Below are positions 23,804-32,306 of a DNA stretch of 64,000 nucleotides, in pieces (the first letter of the stretch is position 1; each line of letters begins with the position of its first letter). Both the position numbers and the translations under genes were made by a program. Under the pieces are notes generated by a model. It did no database searches. It had not been told where the DNA came from and worked only from the letters and a program-made list of their open reading frames with translations. Where the stretch lies: the NCBI GenBank assembly GCA_031364925.1, contig JANLXC010000131.1:423-64422 (forward strand), read 5' to 3'. The stretch is from Burkholderiales bacterium. GTDB lineage: Bacteria > Pseudomonadota > Gammaproteobacteria > Burkholderiales > Usitatibacteraceae.

Positions 23804-26599
23804 ATGAGGATCCCCCTGGTCGCCGTCTTGCTGGCGAGTGCATCGTTGCTGGCCGCCGCCGACGGGGGCGTGCGGGGCATCCAGAAGCCCGCGGACCAGG
23901 GCACCAAGGCCGCCGAATCGCTGCGCTTGCGCGCATCGGCGATCGACGCCGCGCGCCTCGAGCTTCCCGCCATGAGCGCGGCGAGCAGGAAGAGCCTCGA
24001 AGGCGCGCTCGCCCCCAACCAGATCGGCATTTCGCGCCGCGTCGACGTCGAGTCGCAGCCGCGCATCGGTTCCGCGAGCCTTCGCTGGCAACCCGCCGGG
24101 GCTGGCTACGCCGCCCATTTGCGCATCGCCTCGCCCGGCGCCGCGGGCCTGCGCGCCGGCCTGCGCTTCGAGGCGCTGCCGCGCGATCTCGAGATCCGTG
24201 TCGCGCAGCTTGAAGCCGACGGCTCCGTGCAAGTGGTCGCGATGACGACCGGCGCGGGCATCCTGAAGCTCGCGCGCGGCGTGTTGCCCATCGAGCACTG
24301 GAGCGCATCCACCGACGGCGCCGAGCAGCTCGTGGAGCTGTGGAGCCCGCGCGTTCCCGACGCGGATGCGTTGCGCTTCACCGTAAGCGACGTCTCGCAC
24401 CTCCTGCAGCGCTCGCTCGAGATGTTGCACAACAAGGCGCTCGACTTCGCGTGTCACGTGGACATTTCCTGCATCTCGGACGCCAATGTCACCAACGACA
24501 GCAAGGCCGTGGCGAAGATGCGCTTCACCAAGGGCGGGCGCAGCTTCGTGTGCTCGGGCGCGCTCCTCAACGACCGCGCGAGCTCGCTCACGCCCCTCTT
24601 CGCGACGGCCCACCATTGCATCTCGACCCAGGAGGCCGCCGCCTCGCTCGAGACCTGGTTCTTCTATCGCAATTCGGCGTGCGGCAGCATCGCGGTGCAA
24701 AGCCCGACGCGCCTGAACGACGGCGCTTTCCTGCAGGTTGCCGATTTCAATTCGGATTTCACCTTGCTGCGCCTGAACAGCGTCGCGCCCGGCAGCGCCT
24801 TCTTCCTCGGCTGGGATCCCGCCAACCTCACTTCGGGCGAGGCGGTCTTCGGCATCCATCATCCGGACGGCGACTACCAGCGCTATTCCTCGGGAGTGTT
24901 CCTGGGCCTGGGCCGCGTCACGAACGCCACAAGCCACGTGACCTTCTCCGAGCTCTTCAATCGCGTGAGGTACACGCAGGGCATCGTCGAGGGCGGCAGC
25001 AGCGGCTCGCCGCTCCTTACCGCGCCGGGAGTGTTCCACGGCACCTTGTTCGGCAGCCCCGACAGCAACGCGTGCGGGGGCAACGTCACCGCCTCGTACT
25101 CGAGCTTCAACGTCACCTACCCGCTCATCAAGACCTTCCTCGACGGCCCGAACGCCACGGACGATTTCGGCGATTCGCCGGCGAGCGCCGGCGCGATGGA
25201 GGTGAACGCGAAGTTCGTCGCCAACCTCAATAGCGCGAGCGACGAGGACTGGTTCAGGTTCAACGTCGTCACCGGGGGCCAATGGACCATCGCCTCGTTC
25301 GATCCCGCGGAGGGCTCGGGCATCGACGTCAAGGCCGAGATGTACGCCGCCAACGGCACGACGGTACTCCTGACGGGCGACGACATATCCAACACGGACT
25401 TGAACTTCAGCATGTCGAGGTTCGTCGGGCCGGGCACGTACTACGTGCGAGTCACGGGCGTCAATGGAGCGACCGGGCGCTACGGAGTGCGCTCGAGCTT
25501 CGTCCTTCCCGACGATTTCGGCGACAGTCCTTCCGCCGCGACCGAGCTTCCCCTCAACGGCACGCGCACGGGCCTGCTCGGCGTGTTGAACGACCAGGAC
25601 TGGTTCCGCTTCACTTTCACCGAGGCCGGCTTGTTCCGCGCGATCTCGCTCGGCACGACCGACACCATGGGCGCGATCTACCAGGCCGACGGCCTCACCC
25701 TCATCACCGAGAACGACGACGCGAACTTCCCCGACACCAATTTCGGGGTCAGCACCGTCATCACCGCTCCCGGGGTGCGCTACCTCAAGGTGAGCGGGTT
25801 CGACGGGCAGACCGGCCCGTATACGCTGCAAACATCGTTCAGCGCCGGCGGCGCGAATTTCACCGACATCTGGTGGAATCCGCTGGAATCGGGCTGGGGT
25901 ATCAATTTGAATCACCAGTCGGACACCGTCTTCGCTTCGCTCTTCACTTACGCCTCCGACAACAAGGGGCTGTGGCTGGTGGCGACGATGGCGAAACAGT
26001 CCAATGGCTCGTACACCGGGCCGCTCTATCGTACGGTGGGCCCCGCGTTCAACGCTTCGCCGTGGACCACCACCACGCCCTCGCAGGTCGGCACCATGAC
26101 GATCACCTTCGCCGCGACCACGGCGACGCTTGTCTACTCGGTGAACGGGACCAGCGTCACCAAGACGATCCAGCGACAGGTGTTCTCCGGTGCGTCGCCT
26201 AGTTGCGCGCCCACCACGGCCTCGCGCACGGGCGCCTTCAACTACCAGGACCTGTGGTGGAATTCCACGGAGTCGGGCTGGGGCGTCAACTTCGCGCACC
26301 AGGGCAACACGATTTTCGCCACGCTGTTCACGTACGGCGCCGACAATCGCGACATGTGGCTCACCGGCACCATCACGCGCCAGGCGGACGGCTCGTTCCT
26401 CGGAGATCTCTTCCGCACCACGGGCCCGGTGTTCAACACGCAGCCGTGGACGCCCATCAGCGTGGAAACGGTCGGCACCATGCGCGCGACATTCACCAAC
26501 GGATCGACGGGCACGCTCACCTACACGGTGAACGGCACCTCGGTCACGAAGGCGATCGAGCGCGAGGTGTTCGCGGGCGCGCCGAGCGTCTGCCAATGA
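23804..26599 (+). CDS. secreted lysyl-endopeptidase-like S1 serine protease, with pro-region, two PPC-like domains and two WWNxxESGWG modules
   Basis: 931 aa with a signal peptide. Triad contexts FATAHHC (H270/271), SDFTLLRL (D318), GGSSGSP (S400). DDFGDSP..DWFRF..YYVRV appears twice. The C-terminal ~110-aa modules are at nt 25853..26185 and 26237..26572. Confidence 0.85.
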   Translation: MRIPLVAVLLASASLLAAADGGVRGIQKPADQGTKAAESLRLRASAIDAARLELPAMSAASRKSLEGALAPNQIGISRRVDVESQPRIGSASLRWQPAGAGYAAHLRIASPGAAGLRAGLRFEALPRDLEIRVAQLEADGSVQVVAMTTGAGILKLARGVLPIEHWSASTDGAEQLVELWSPRVPDADALRFTVSDVSHLLQRSLEMLHNKALDFACHVDISCISDANVTNDSKAVAKMRFTKGGRSFVCSGALLNDRASSLTPLFATAHHCISTQEAAASLETWFFYRNSACGSIAVQSPTRLNDGAFLQVADFNSDFTLLRLNSVAPGSAFFLGWDPANLTSGEAVFGIHHPDGDYQRYSSGVFLGLGRVTNATSHVTFSELFNRVRYTQGIVEGGSSGSPLLTAPGVFHGTLFGSPDSNACGGNVTASYSSFNVTYPLIKTFLDGPNATDDFGDSPASAGAMEVNAKFVANLNSASDEDWFRFNVVTGGQWTIASFDPAEGSGIDVKAEMYAANGTTVLLTGDDISNTDLNFSMSRFVGPGTYYVRVTGVNGATGRYGVRSSFVLPDDFGDSPSAATELPLNGTRTGLLGVLNDQDWFRFTFTEAGLFRAISLGTTDTMGAIYQADGLTLITENDDANFPDTNFGVSTVITAPGVRYLKVSGFDGQTGPYTLQTSFSAGGANFTDIWWNPLESGWGINLNHQSDTVFASLFTYASDNKGLWLVATMAKQSNGSYTGPLYRTVGPAFNASPWTTTTPSQVGTMTITFAATTATLVYSVNGTSVTKTIQRQVFSGASPSCAPTTASRTGAFNYQDLWWNSTESGWGVNFAHQGNTIFATLFTYGADNRDMWLTGTITRQADGSFLGDLFRTTGPVFNTQPWTPISVETVGTMRATFTNGSTGTLTYTVNGTSVTKAIEREVFAGAPSVCQ

Positions 26600-26633
26600 C
26601 CCAGGGTCCGGGCGGATAAGCGCGCGCGGTAGT

Positions 26634-26658
26634 AAACGCAAGCCGCGCCCATGCGTTT
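26634..26658 (+). terminator. weak hairpin between the two protease genes
   Basis: AAACGCA-(11 nt)-TGCGTTT followed by GT. The short T-run makes termination efficiency doubtful. Confidence 0.3.
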
Positions 26659-26691
26659 GTCCATGCTGGATAGCCAGGAATGGGAGCCGCG

Positions 26692-28905
26692 ATGCAGGAA
26701 TCTTCCCGCGCCGCACGCATCTTCATCGCGTGCGCGCTTTTCAGCATGGGCGCGCACGCGCTGTCTCCTCCTGCAGACACGCCGGGCGGCGAGGTTCGCG
26801 CCGAGCCCGAAGTGCAGCCCGCGCTCGCGTTCGTCCCCGCTCCCAGGTCCCGGCTCGCGAATCCCGCGCGCATCGCCAACGTGTCGCTCGCACCTCCCGC
26901 GGTCAACGCGGTGAACAAGAGCGCTGCCGCCGACAAGCAGGGCGGCGCGCTGCAGATCGGCTTCAGCCGCCCGGTGCCCGCTTTGGAAAGCGCGGCCCGC
27001 ACCGTCGAGCGCCTGCGCTGGGCGGCGACTCCCGGTGGCGGGCAGGTAGCCGCATTCAGCATCACCTCGCCCGAGGCACTCGCGATCCGCGCGGGGCTGC
27101 GGTTCGATTCGCTGCCCGCGGAAACGCTGTTGCGCTTCTACGCGCCCGGCGAGGGTGAAGTGGGCGAGGTGAGCGCCGAGGAGGTGCGCGTCACCATTGG
27201 TCGCAATCTCGACGCGGACGGGCAGGGCGAGGCCGCAAAGACCTATTGGTCGCCGGTGATCGAGGGATCCACCGCGGTCGTGGAGATCGAGCTTGCCGCG
27301 GGCGTGAGCCCCGCGAGCCTGGCTCTCGCGGCACCGCTGGTGTCGCACCTCCTCACCGCGCCGTCGATGAACTTCGCGATGCCCAGCACAAAGGCCGCGG
27401 CCAGCTGCAACCTCGACGTCACCTGCTCCAGCGCGTGGAGCATCGAGAGCAACTCCGTCGCGCGGATCACGTTCGTGGACGGCAGCTCGAGTTTCCTCTG
27501 CACCGGCACGCTGGTGGTGGACAAGGACGCGTCCACCTACATCCCGTTCTTCCTCACCGCGAACCACTGTGTGTCGAACCAATCGGCAGCCTCATCGATG
27601 GCGAGCTACTGGTTTTACCGCGCGACCTCGTGCAACAGCGGCGTGCGCGGGGGCTACCAGACTCTCGGCGGGGGCGCGACGCTGCTCTACAACAGCAGCA
27701 CCACCGACACCTCGTTCCTGCGCCTCAACGCGGCACCCCCGGCGGGCGCCGTGTACGCGGGCTGGGCCGTGGGCGGCGCGGGCCCCGCGGGCGCGAATGT
27801 CGCCGGCCTGCACAATCCGACCGGCGACTTGCAGAAAATCAGCTTCGGCACGGTGGCCAATTACGCCACGTGCTCGCCCACGGGGAGCGAAAGCTTCAGC
27901 TGCCGCGGCACCTCGCTCAGCAGCGCGACTTTCTACGAGGTCGCATGGCGTAGCGGCATCACCGAGCCCGGCAGCAGCGGCTCGGGAGTGTTCATGGAGA
28001 ACGGCCACTATCTTCTCGGCCAGCTCTACGGCGGATCGACCACGTGCGCCGCCCTCGGCTCGGATTTCTACGGGCGCTTCGACGTGGCCTACAACGCGGG
28101 GGTCGGCGCATTCCTCAACGGCGCGACTTTCACGCCCGTCACGCCGACACCCACGCCCACCGTTCCCACGGGGCCCACGGTATTCACCCCGGCGCTCGAT
28201 TATTCGGCGCTTTGGTGGAACCCCGCGGAATCGGGCTGGGGCCTGAGCGTTACGCAGCACACCGCGGCCTTGTTCGCCGCCTGGTTCATGTACGAAACCG
28301 GTGGCAACGCGCGCTGGATGGTGTTGCCGGGCGGCACGTGGACTTCGCCGACCACCTTCACCGGCGACCTCTACTCGACGTCGGGCCCGCCTTCGACCCA
28401 GCAATGGTCGAGCGTCACGTCGCAGCGCGTGGGCGCGGCGACGCTCACCTTTTCCAACGCCAACAGCGGCTTGCTCACCTATACGGTGAACGGCGTTTCT
28501 GGGAGCAAGGCGATCCAGCGCCAGTCGTTCGGCGTGCCGGACGCGACCCCGGTGGCGAGCTACGGCGACCTGTGGTGGAACTCCGGCGAGTCCGGTTGGG
28601 GGCTGTCGATCAACCAGCAATACCGCACGCTCTTCGCGGTCTGGTACACCTACGGCTTCTATGGGCAACCCGTTTGGTACGTGATGCCCGGCGGAAGCTG
28701 GAGCGGCGACACCTACTCCGGCGCGCTTTACCGCACCTCGATGCCGCCCCTGCAGTTCCTTGGCGGGACGTTCGATCCGCGCCTGGTGTCGAGCACCGCG
28801 GTGGGCTCGATGTCGCTGCGCTTCGGCAGTTCCACCTCCGCGACGATGACCTATACCCTCGACGGGGTGACCAGCAGCCGGGCCGTTACACGCCAGCCTT
28901 TTTAG
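26692..28905 (+). CDS. secreted lysyl-endopeptidase-like S1 serine protease paralog, with Pro/Thr linker and two WWNxxESGWG modules
   Basis: From ORF 26680..28905. GGGAG SD before ATG 26692. Signal peptide and a pro-region alignable with the upstream paralog. Triad contexts [22 protein letters not shown]. Modules at nt 28198..28530 and 28558..28902. Confidence 0.85.
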   Translation: MQESSRAARIFIACALFSMGAHALSPPADTPGGEVRAEPEVQPALAFVPAPRSRLANPARIANVSLAPPAVNAVNKSAAADKQGGALQIGFSRPVPALESAARTVERLRWAATPGGGQVAAFSITSPEALAIRAGLRFDSLPAETLLRFYAPGEGEVGEVSAEEVRVTIGRNLDADGQGEAAKTYWSPVIEGSTAVVEIELAAGVSPASLALAAPLVSHLLTAPSMNFAMPSTKAAASCNLDVTCSSAWSIESNSVARITFVDGSSSFLCTGTLVVDKDASTYIPFFLTANHCVSNQSAASSMASYWFYRATSCNSGVRGGYQTLGGGATLLYNSSTTDTSFLRLNAAPPAGAVYAGWAVGGAGPAGANVAGLHNPTGDLQKISFGTVANYATCSPTGSESFSCRGTSLSSATFYEVAWRSGITEPGSSGSGVFMENGHYLLGQLYGGSTTCAALGSDFYGRFDVAYNAGVGAFLNGATFTPVTPTPTPTVPTGPTVFTPALDYSALWWNPAESGWGLSVTQHTAALFAAWFMYETGGNARWMVLPGGTWTSPTTFTGDLYSTSGPPSTQQWSSVTSQRVGAATLTFSNANSGLLTYTVNGVSGSKAIQRQSFGVPDATPVASYGDLWWNSGESGWGLSINQQYRTLFAVWYTYGFYGQPVWYVMPGGSWSGDTYSGALYRTSMPPLQFLGGTFDPRLVSSTAVGSMSLRFGSSTSATMTYTLDGVTSSRAVTRQPF

Positions 28906-29095
28906 TCTTCTTCGCCTTGCGCTTGCCCTTGCCGAGGGCGGTCTGCGCCTTGCCGACCGCTTTCTGCGTCTTGCCGACGGCTTGCTTCGCCGCGCCCTTC
29001 ACTTCCTGCTTGGGGCTGCCCATGAGCCTGCCCAGGGTCCTCTGGATCTTGCCGACGGCATCTGCAACGGCGCCCTTCACGGTGTTCTTGTTCAT
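28886..29095 (-). CDS. CsbD family stress protein with lysine-rich tail
   Basis: 69 aa: [69 protein letters not shown]. It is the last 69 codons of a spurious 555-aa ORF. It overlaps the protease 2 end by 20 nt (convergent). Confidence 0.8.
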   Translation of the reverse strand: MNKNTVKGAVADAVGKIQRTLGRLMGSPKQEVKGAAKQAVGKTQKAVGKAQTALGKGKRKAKKTKKAGV

Positions 29096-29221
29096 GTAGC
29101 TCTCCGGTTCATTAGGGGCTCGACCCCGACCTGCGACCCCTGGCGAGGGTGGCTGGTTCCCGATCGTGGAACGGTAACGCGCCAACGTACGTCTAACCGA
29201 TCCCTCCCGCAAGGAATTCTG

Positions 29222-30547
29222 ATGCGTTTTCCCATGAGTCGCACACGCGCGAGCCTTCTCGGCACGCTGCTGCTGGCCGCCTGCGCGATGGAGACGGCCC
29301 GCCTTCCATTCTCCGCTGGCGTGGGTCCCGATCCTGCCCTTCCGGCGCCGGTGAAGACGCCGCTTCCCACGGTGAAGATCGCCGAGGCGAAGGGCTGGCC
29401 CAAGGACATGCGCCCCGCCGCGGCGCAAGGCATGGCGGTCACCGCCTTCGCGGCGGGGCTGGTCCATCCGCGCTGGGTCTACGTGCTGCCCAACGGCGAC
29501 GTGCTGGTCGCCGAGACCAATGCCCCCGAGCGCCCCGAGGAAGGAAAGGGCCTGAAGGGCCGGGCGATGAAATTCGTCATGAAGCGCGCCGGAGCCGGCG
29601 TGCCGAGCGCGAACCGCATCACTTTGCTGCGCGATACCGATGGCGACGGCGTGGCCGAAGTGCGCGCGACCTTCCTCGAAGGCCTCAACTCGCCGTTCGG
29701 CATGGCGCTGGTCGGAAGCGACCTCTACGTCGCGAATAGCGACGCGGTGGTGCGCTTCCCCTATGCCGAGGGCGCGACGAAGATCACCGCGCCGGGCGTG
29801 AAGGTCGCCGACCTGCCGGCGGGCCCGCGCAACCACCACTGGACCAAGAACATCATCGCATCGCGAGATGGCACGAAGCTCTACGCGACCGTGGGCTCGA
29901 ACAGTAACGTGGCCGAGAACGGCATGGAAGTGGAGGAGGGGCGCGCCACCATCTGGGAGGTCGACCTGAAGAGCGGTGCAAAGCGCCTTTTCGCGTCGGG
30001 CCTGCGCAATGCCAACGGCATGGGATGGGAGCCGCGCTCGGGCGCGCTCTGGACCGTGGTGAACGAGCGCGACGAGCTGGGCAGCGACCTGGTGCCCGAC
30101 TATCTCACCAGCGTTCGCGAGGGCGCGTTCTACGGCTGGCCCTACAGCTACTACGGAGCGCACGTCGATGACCGCGTGCAACCGCAGAAGCCGGAGCTCG
30201 TCGCCACGGCGATCAAGCCCGACTACGCGCTCGGCACCCACGTTGCGCCGCTGGGAATGGCTTTCGCGGAGGGCGCGAAGCTCGGGCCAGCGTTCGCGGA
30301 GGGCGCGTTCATCGGCCAACACGGCTCGTGGAACCGCAACCCGATCAGCGGCTATAACGTGGTGTTCGTGCCCTTCAGCCAGGGGCGACCGGTGGCGCAG
30401 CCGGTCGACGTGCTCACGGGATTCGTGAGCAAGGACGGCGATGCTTATGGTCGGCCCGTGGGAGTCGCGATCGACAAGCGCGGTGCGCTCCTCGTCGCCG
30501 ACGATGTGGGCAACACGATCTGGCGCGTTGCGGCCGCGCCGCGGTAG
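29222..30547 (+). CDS. PQQ-dependent sugar (sorbosone-type) dehydrogenase family lipoprotein
   Basis: From ORF 28982..30547. Start at ATG 29222 (AAGGA SD). Lipobox LLLAAC. Beta-propeller pattern ([67 protein letters not shown]). Confidence 0.85.
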   Translation: MRFPMSRTRASLLGTLLLAACAMETARLPFSAGVGPDPALPAPVKTPLPTVKIAEAKGWPKDMRPAAAQGMAVTAFAAGLVHPRWVYVLPNGDVLVAETNAPERPEEGKGLKGRAMKFVMKRAGAGVPSANRITLLRDTDGDGVAEVRATFLEGLNSPFGMALVGSDLYVANSDAVVRFPYAEGATKITAPGVKVADLPAGPRNHHWTKNIIASRDGTKLYATVGSNSNVAENGMEVEEGRATIWEVDLKSGAKRLFASGLRNANGMGWEPRSGALWTVVNERDELGSDLVPDYLTSVREGAFYGWPYSYYGAHVDDRVQPQKPELVATAIKPDYALGTHVAPLGMAFAEGAKLGPAFAEGAFIGQHGSWNRNPISGYNVVFVPFSQGRPVAQPVDVLTGFVSKDGDAYGRPVGVAIDKRGALLVADDVGNTIWRVAAAPR

Positions 30548-30616
30548 GCGCACGATTTATCTTCGAAAGGAATGCAAAGCCTTGTACAATCCTTCGCAAC
30601 TACTTGCGAACGAACG

Positions 30617-31000
30617 ATGAAAAAGCCTTTTCCTGTTCCTGTACGCGTCAGCTACAAGTGCGAGAAGTGTCCCGCCTACTGCTGCACTTATACCGAGATC
30701 GAAGTGACCCAGCGCGACGTCGAGCGGCTCGCGCGCCATTTCGACCTGGGCGCGCGCGCCGCCGCGGAGAAATTTACCAAGGTGGATTCCAAGGGCACGC
30801 GCATGCTGCGGCACAAGAAGGACACGATCTTCGACTCGACCTGCATGCTGCTCGACCAGGAGAAGCGCCGCTGCACCGTCTATCACGCGCGCCCCGGCGT
30901 GTGCCGCAAGTACCCCGACAGCAATCGCTGCGGGTACTACGACTTCCTCAAGTTCGAGCGCGAGCAGCAGGACGACGAGGAATTGGTCGCCCTGACCTGA
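30617..31000 (+). CDS. YkgJ/UPF0153 family cysteine-cluster protein
   Basis: 127 aa from ATG 30617. CEKCPAYCC cluster and a second Cys group (CMLL..RRCTVYHARPGVCRKYP). Confidence 0.8.
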   Translation: MKKPFPVPVRVSYKCEKCPAYCCTYTEIEVTQRDVERLARHFDLGARAAAEKFTKVDSKGTRMLRHKKDTIFDSTCMLLDQEKRRCTVYHARPGVCRKYPDSNRCGYYDFLKFEREQQDDEELVALT

Positions 31001-31679
31001 TCCCGAGCGTCGTGCGGGCCACGCGCCCGAGGTACCAGGTCACGGCCACGGTCGCGGCCACCCCTGCACCGAGCATTGCCCAATGGGCGGCCCCTCCCGA
31101 GGCCGCAGCGCGGCCCGTGGCGCCCAGCGCCACCTCCACCAGGGTGCCGGGGATGATGCCGAGCGCGGTGCCGGCGGCGAACTGCGCGAAGCTCACCTTC
31201 GCCGCGCCGTAAAAGTAGTTCTGCACGGTGAACGGCACCAGGGGCGAAAGGTGCATCAACGCGACCACCTTCCATCCCGCCTTGCGCAGCGCCTTGTCCA
31301 CGGTGCGCAGCAGGGCGTGGCGCGCGAAGAACCTGTTCACGCGCTTGCGCGGCGCCCAACGCGCGAGGAAGAAGGCCGCCACCGCCGCCGCCATGGCCGC
31401 GGCGTATACGAGGAGGAATCCGCCGACGATGCCGAAGAGGGCACCGGCCGCGAGCGTGAGGATCCTCGCGGGGACGAAGAGGAGGGTAGCGACTACGTAG
31501 ACCGCGGCGAAGACAGCGGCGCCCCAGGCGCCGTGGCCGTCGATCCAATCCTGGAGCGACTCCGCCCACCCGCGCAGCGGGAGGAGCCAGAGGGCCGCGA
31601 TCGCCGCCGCGACGACGGCGGCGACCACGATCCACTTGCGGCGCTCAGCGGTTCTTGTCGCTGGCGTTGCGCGCGTCAC
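30948..31679 (-). CDS. TVP38/TMEM64 (DedA-related) family membrane protein
   Basis: 243 aa, multi-TM. Motif FVPARILTLAAGALFG ... SPLVPFTVQNYFYG. The 3' end overlaps ykgJ-like by 53 nt. The start may instead be GTG 31628, which would remove the 35-nt overlap with the upstream CsbD gene. Confidence 0.85.
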   Translation of the reverse strand: MTRATPATRTAERRKWIVVAAVVAAAIAALWLLPLRGWAESLQDWIDGHGAWGAAVFAAVYVVATLLFVPARILTLAAGALFGIVGGFLLVYAAAMAAAVAAFFLARWAPRKRVNRFFARHALLRTVDKALRKAGWKVVALMHLSPLVPFTVQNYFYGAAKVSFAQFAAGTALGIIPGTLVEVALGATGRAAASGGAAHWAMLGAGVAATVAVTWYLGRVARTTLGIRSGRPIPRRPAARART

Positions 31680-31821
31680 CCAGGTTCTTCTGCACCTTGC
31701 CCACGGCCTCCTTCACGAGGCCCTTGGCTTCGGTCTTTGCGCTTCCCGTCGCGCGGCCGACGTTCTTCTCCACCTTGCCCGCCACTTCCTTGGCGCGGCC
31801 TTTCACTTGGTCACGATTCAT
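31645..31821 (-). CDS. CsbD family stress protein (58 aa, below the ORF-track cutoff)
   Basis: Hand translation: MNRDQVKGRAKEVAGKVEKNVGRATGSAKTEAKGLVKEAVGKVQKNLGDARNASDKNR. AGGAGAG SD upstream. Confidence 0.75.
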   Translation of the reverse strand: MNRDQVKGRAKEVAGKVEKNVGRATGSAKTEAKGLVKEAVGKVQKNLGDARNASDKNR

Positions 31822-31937
31822 CTGCGCTCTCCTGTCTCAGGTGATGGACGACAAAAGTGCGACCGCGACCCAAGCCACATGTTCAAAAAAATCGAGGTTG
31901 CCCCGGGGGCGCTGGCGCTCGCCCGTCCTGCGCGGGG

Positions 31938-32093
31938 TCAGGCGGGACCGGGCGTGGTGGGAGGCTCGGCGGGAGTGTCCTGCGGAGCGTCCGGTTGCTG
32001 CTCGTGGGCCTTCTGTTGCTTCTTCGCTTCCTTCTTCTGCTTCTTTGCGAGCTCTCTTTGGCGCTTGGCGAATGCGTAATTGGGTTTCGGCAT
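31938..32093 (-). CDS. small lysine-rich hypothetical protein (51 aa)
   Basis: Strong GGAGGA SD 4 nt before ATG 32093. MPKPNYAFAKRQRELAKKQKKEAKKQQKAHEQQ + Pro/Thr tail. No family name known to me. Confidence 0.5.
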   Translation of the reverse strand: MPKPNYAFAKRQRELAKKQKKEAKKQQKAHEQQPDAPQDTPAEPPTTPGPA

Positions 32094-32151
32094 CAGTTCC
32101 TCCAGGTTGAACTTCGACAGGACAAGCATAGGCGTTTTACAAACGGACACA

Positions 32152-32179
32152 ATAAAAACCGACGGCGCCTGGGGCGCCG
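32152..32179 (-). terminator. possible terminator for the minus-strand amidohydrolase gene
   Basis: Minus-strand CGGCGCC-CCA-GGCGCCG followed by TCGGTTTTTA. Lies about 130 nt downstream of the stop at 32307. Confidence 0.4.
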
Positions 32180-32252
32180 CAAGGTTGCGGAAGGCCGTGG
32201 CGGGTGATGATTCTCGCGAGACTTGCCGCAGCCTCCCACGGCAAGGGCTTGG

Positions 32253-32285
32253 GCCCGGCGTTGCGTCAATGCCGGGCTTTTTTTT
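32253..32285 (+). terminator. orphan plus-strand rho-independent terminator
   Basis: GCCCGGC-(11 nt)-GCCGGGC followed by eight T. No plus-strand CDS lies upstream of it. See the sRNA finding. Confidence 0.65.
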
Positions 32286-32306
32286 GCCTCGGGCCCATTC
32301 TAGCGG

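Noticed and set aside
22427-26716. 1429-aa ORF on the minus strand, the longest in the window
   Set aside because: It is antisense to the LamG and protease-1 genes. Its composition is Arg/Ala/Gly/Pro/Asp-dominated (RRRG.., GRGG..) with no recognisable family. The plus-strand frames carry clear signal peptides, S1 triad motifs and repeated modules. This is a typical high-GC shadow ORF.
28886-30553. 555-aa minus-strand ORF
   Set aside because: Only its last 69 codons (the CsbD protein, with its own ATG) are credible. The rest is antisense to the PQQ-dehydrogenase gene.
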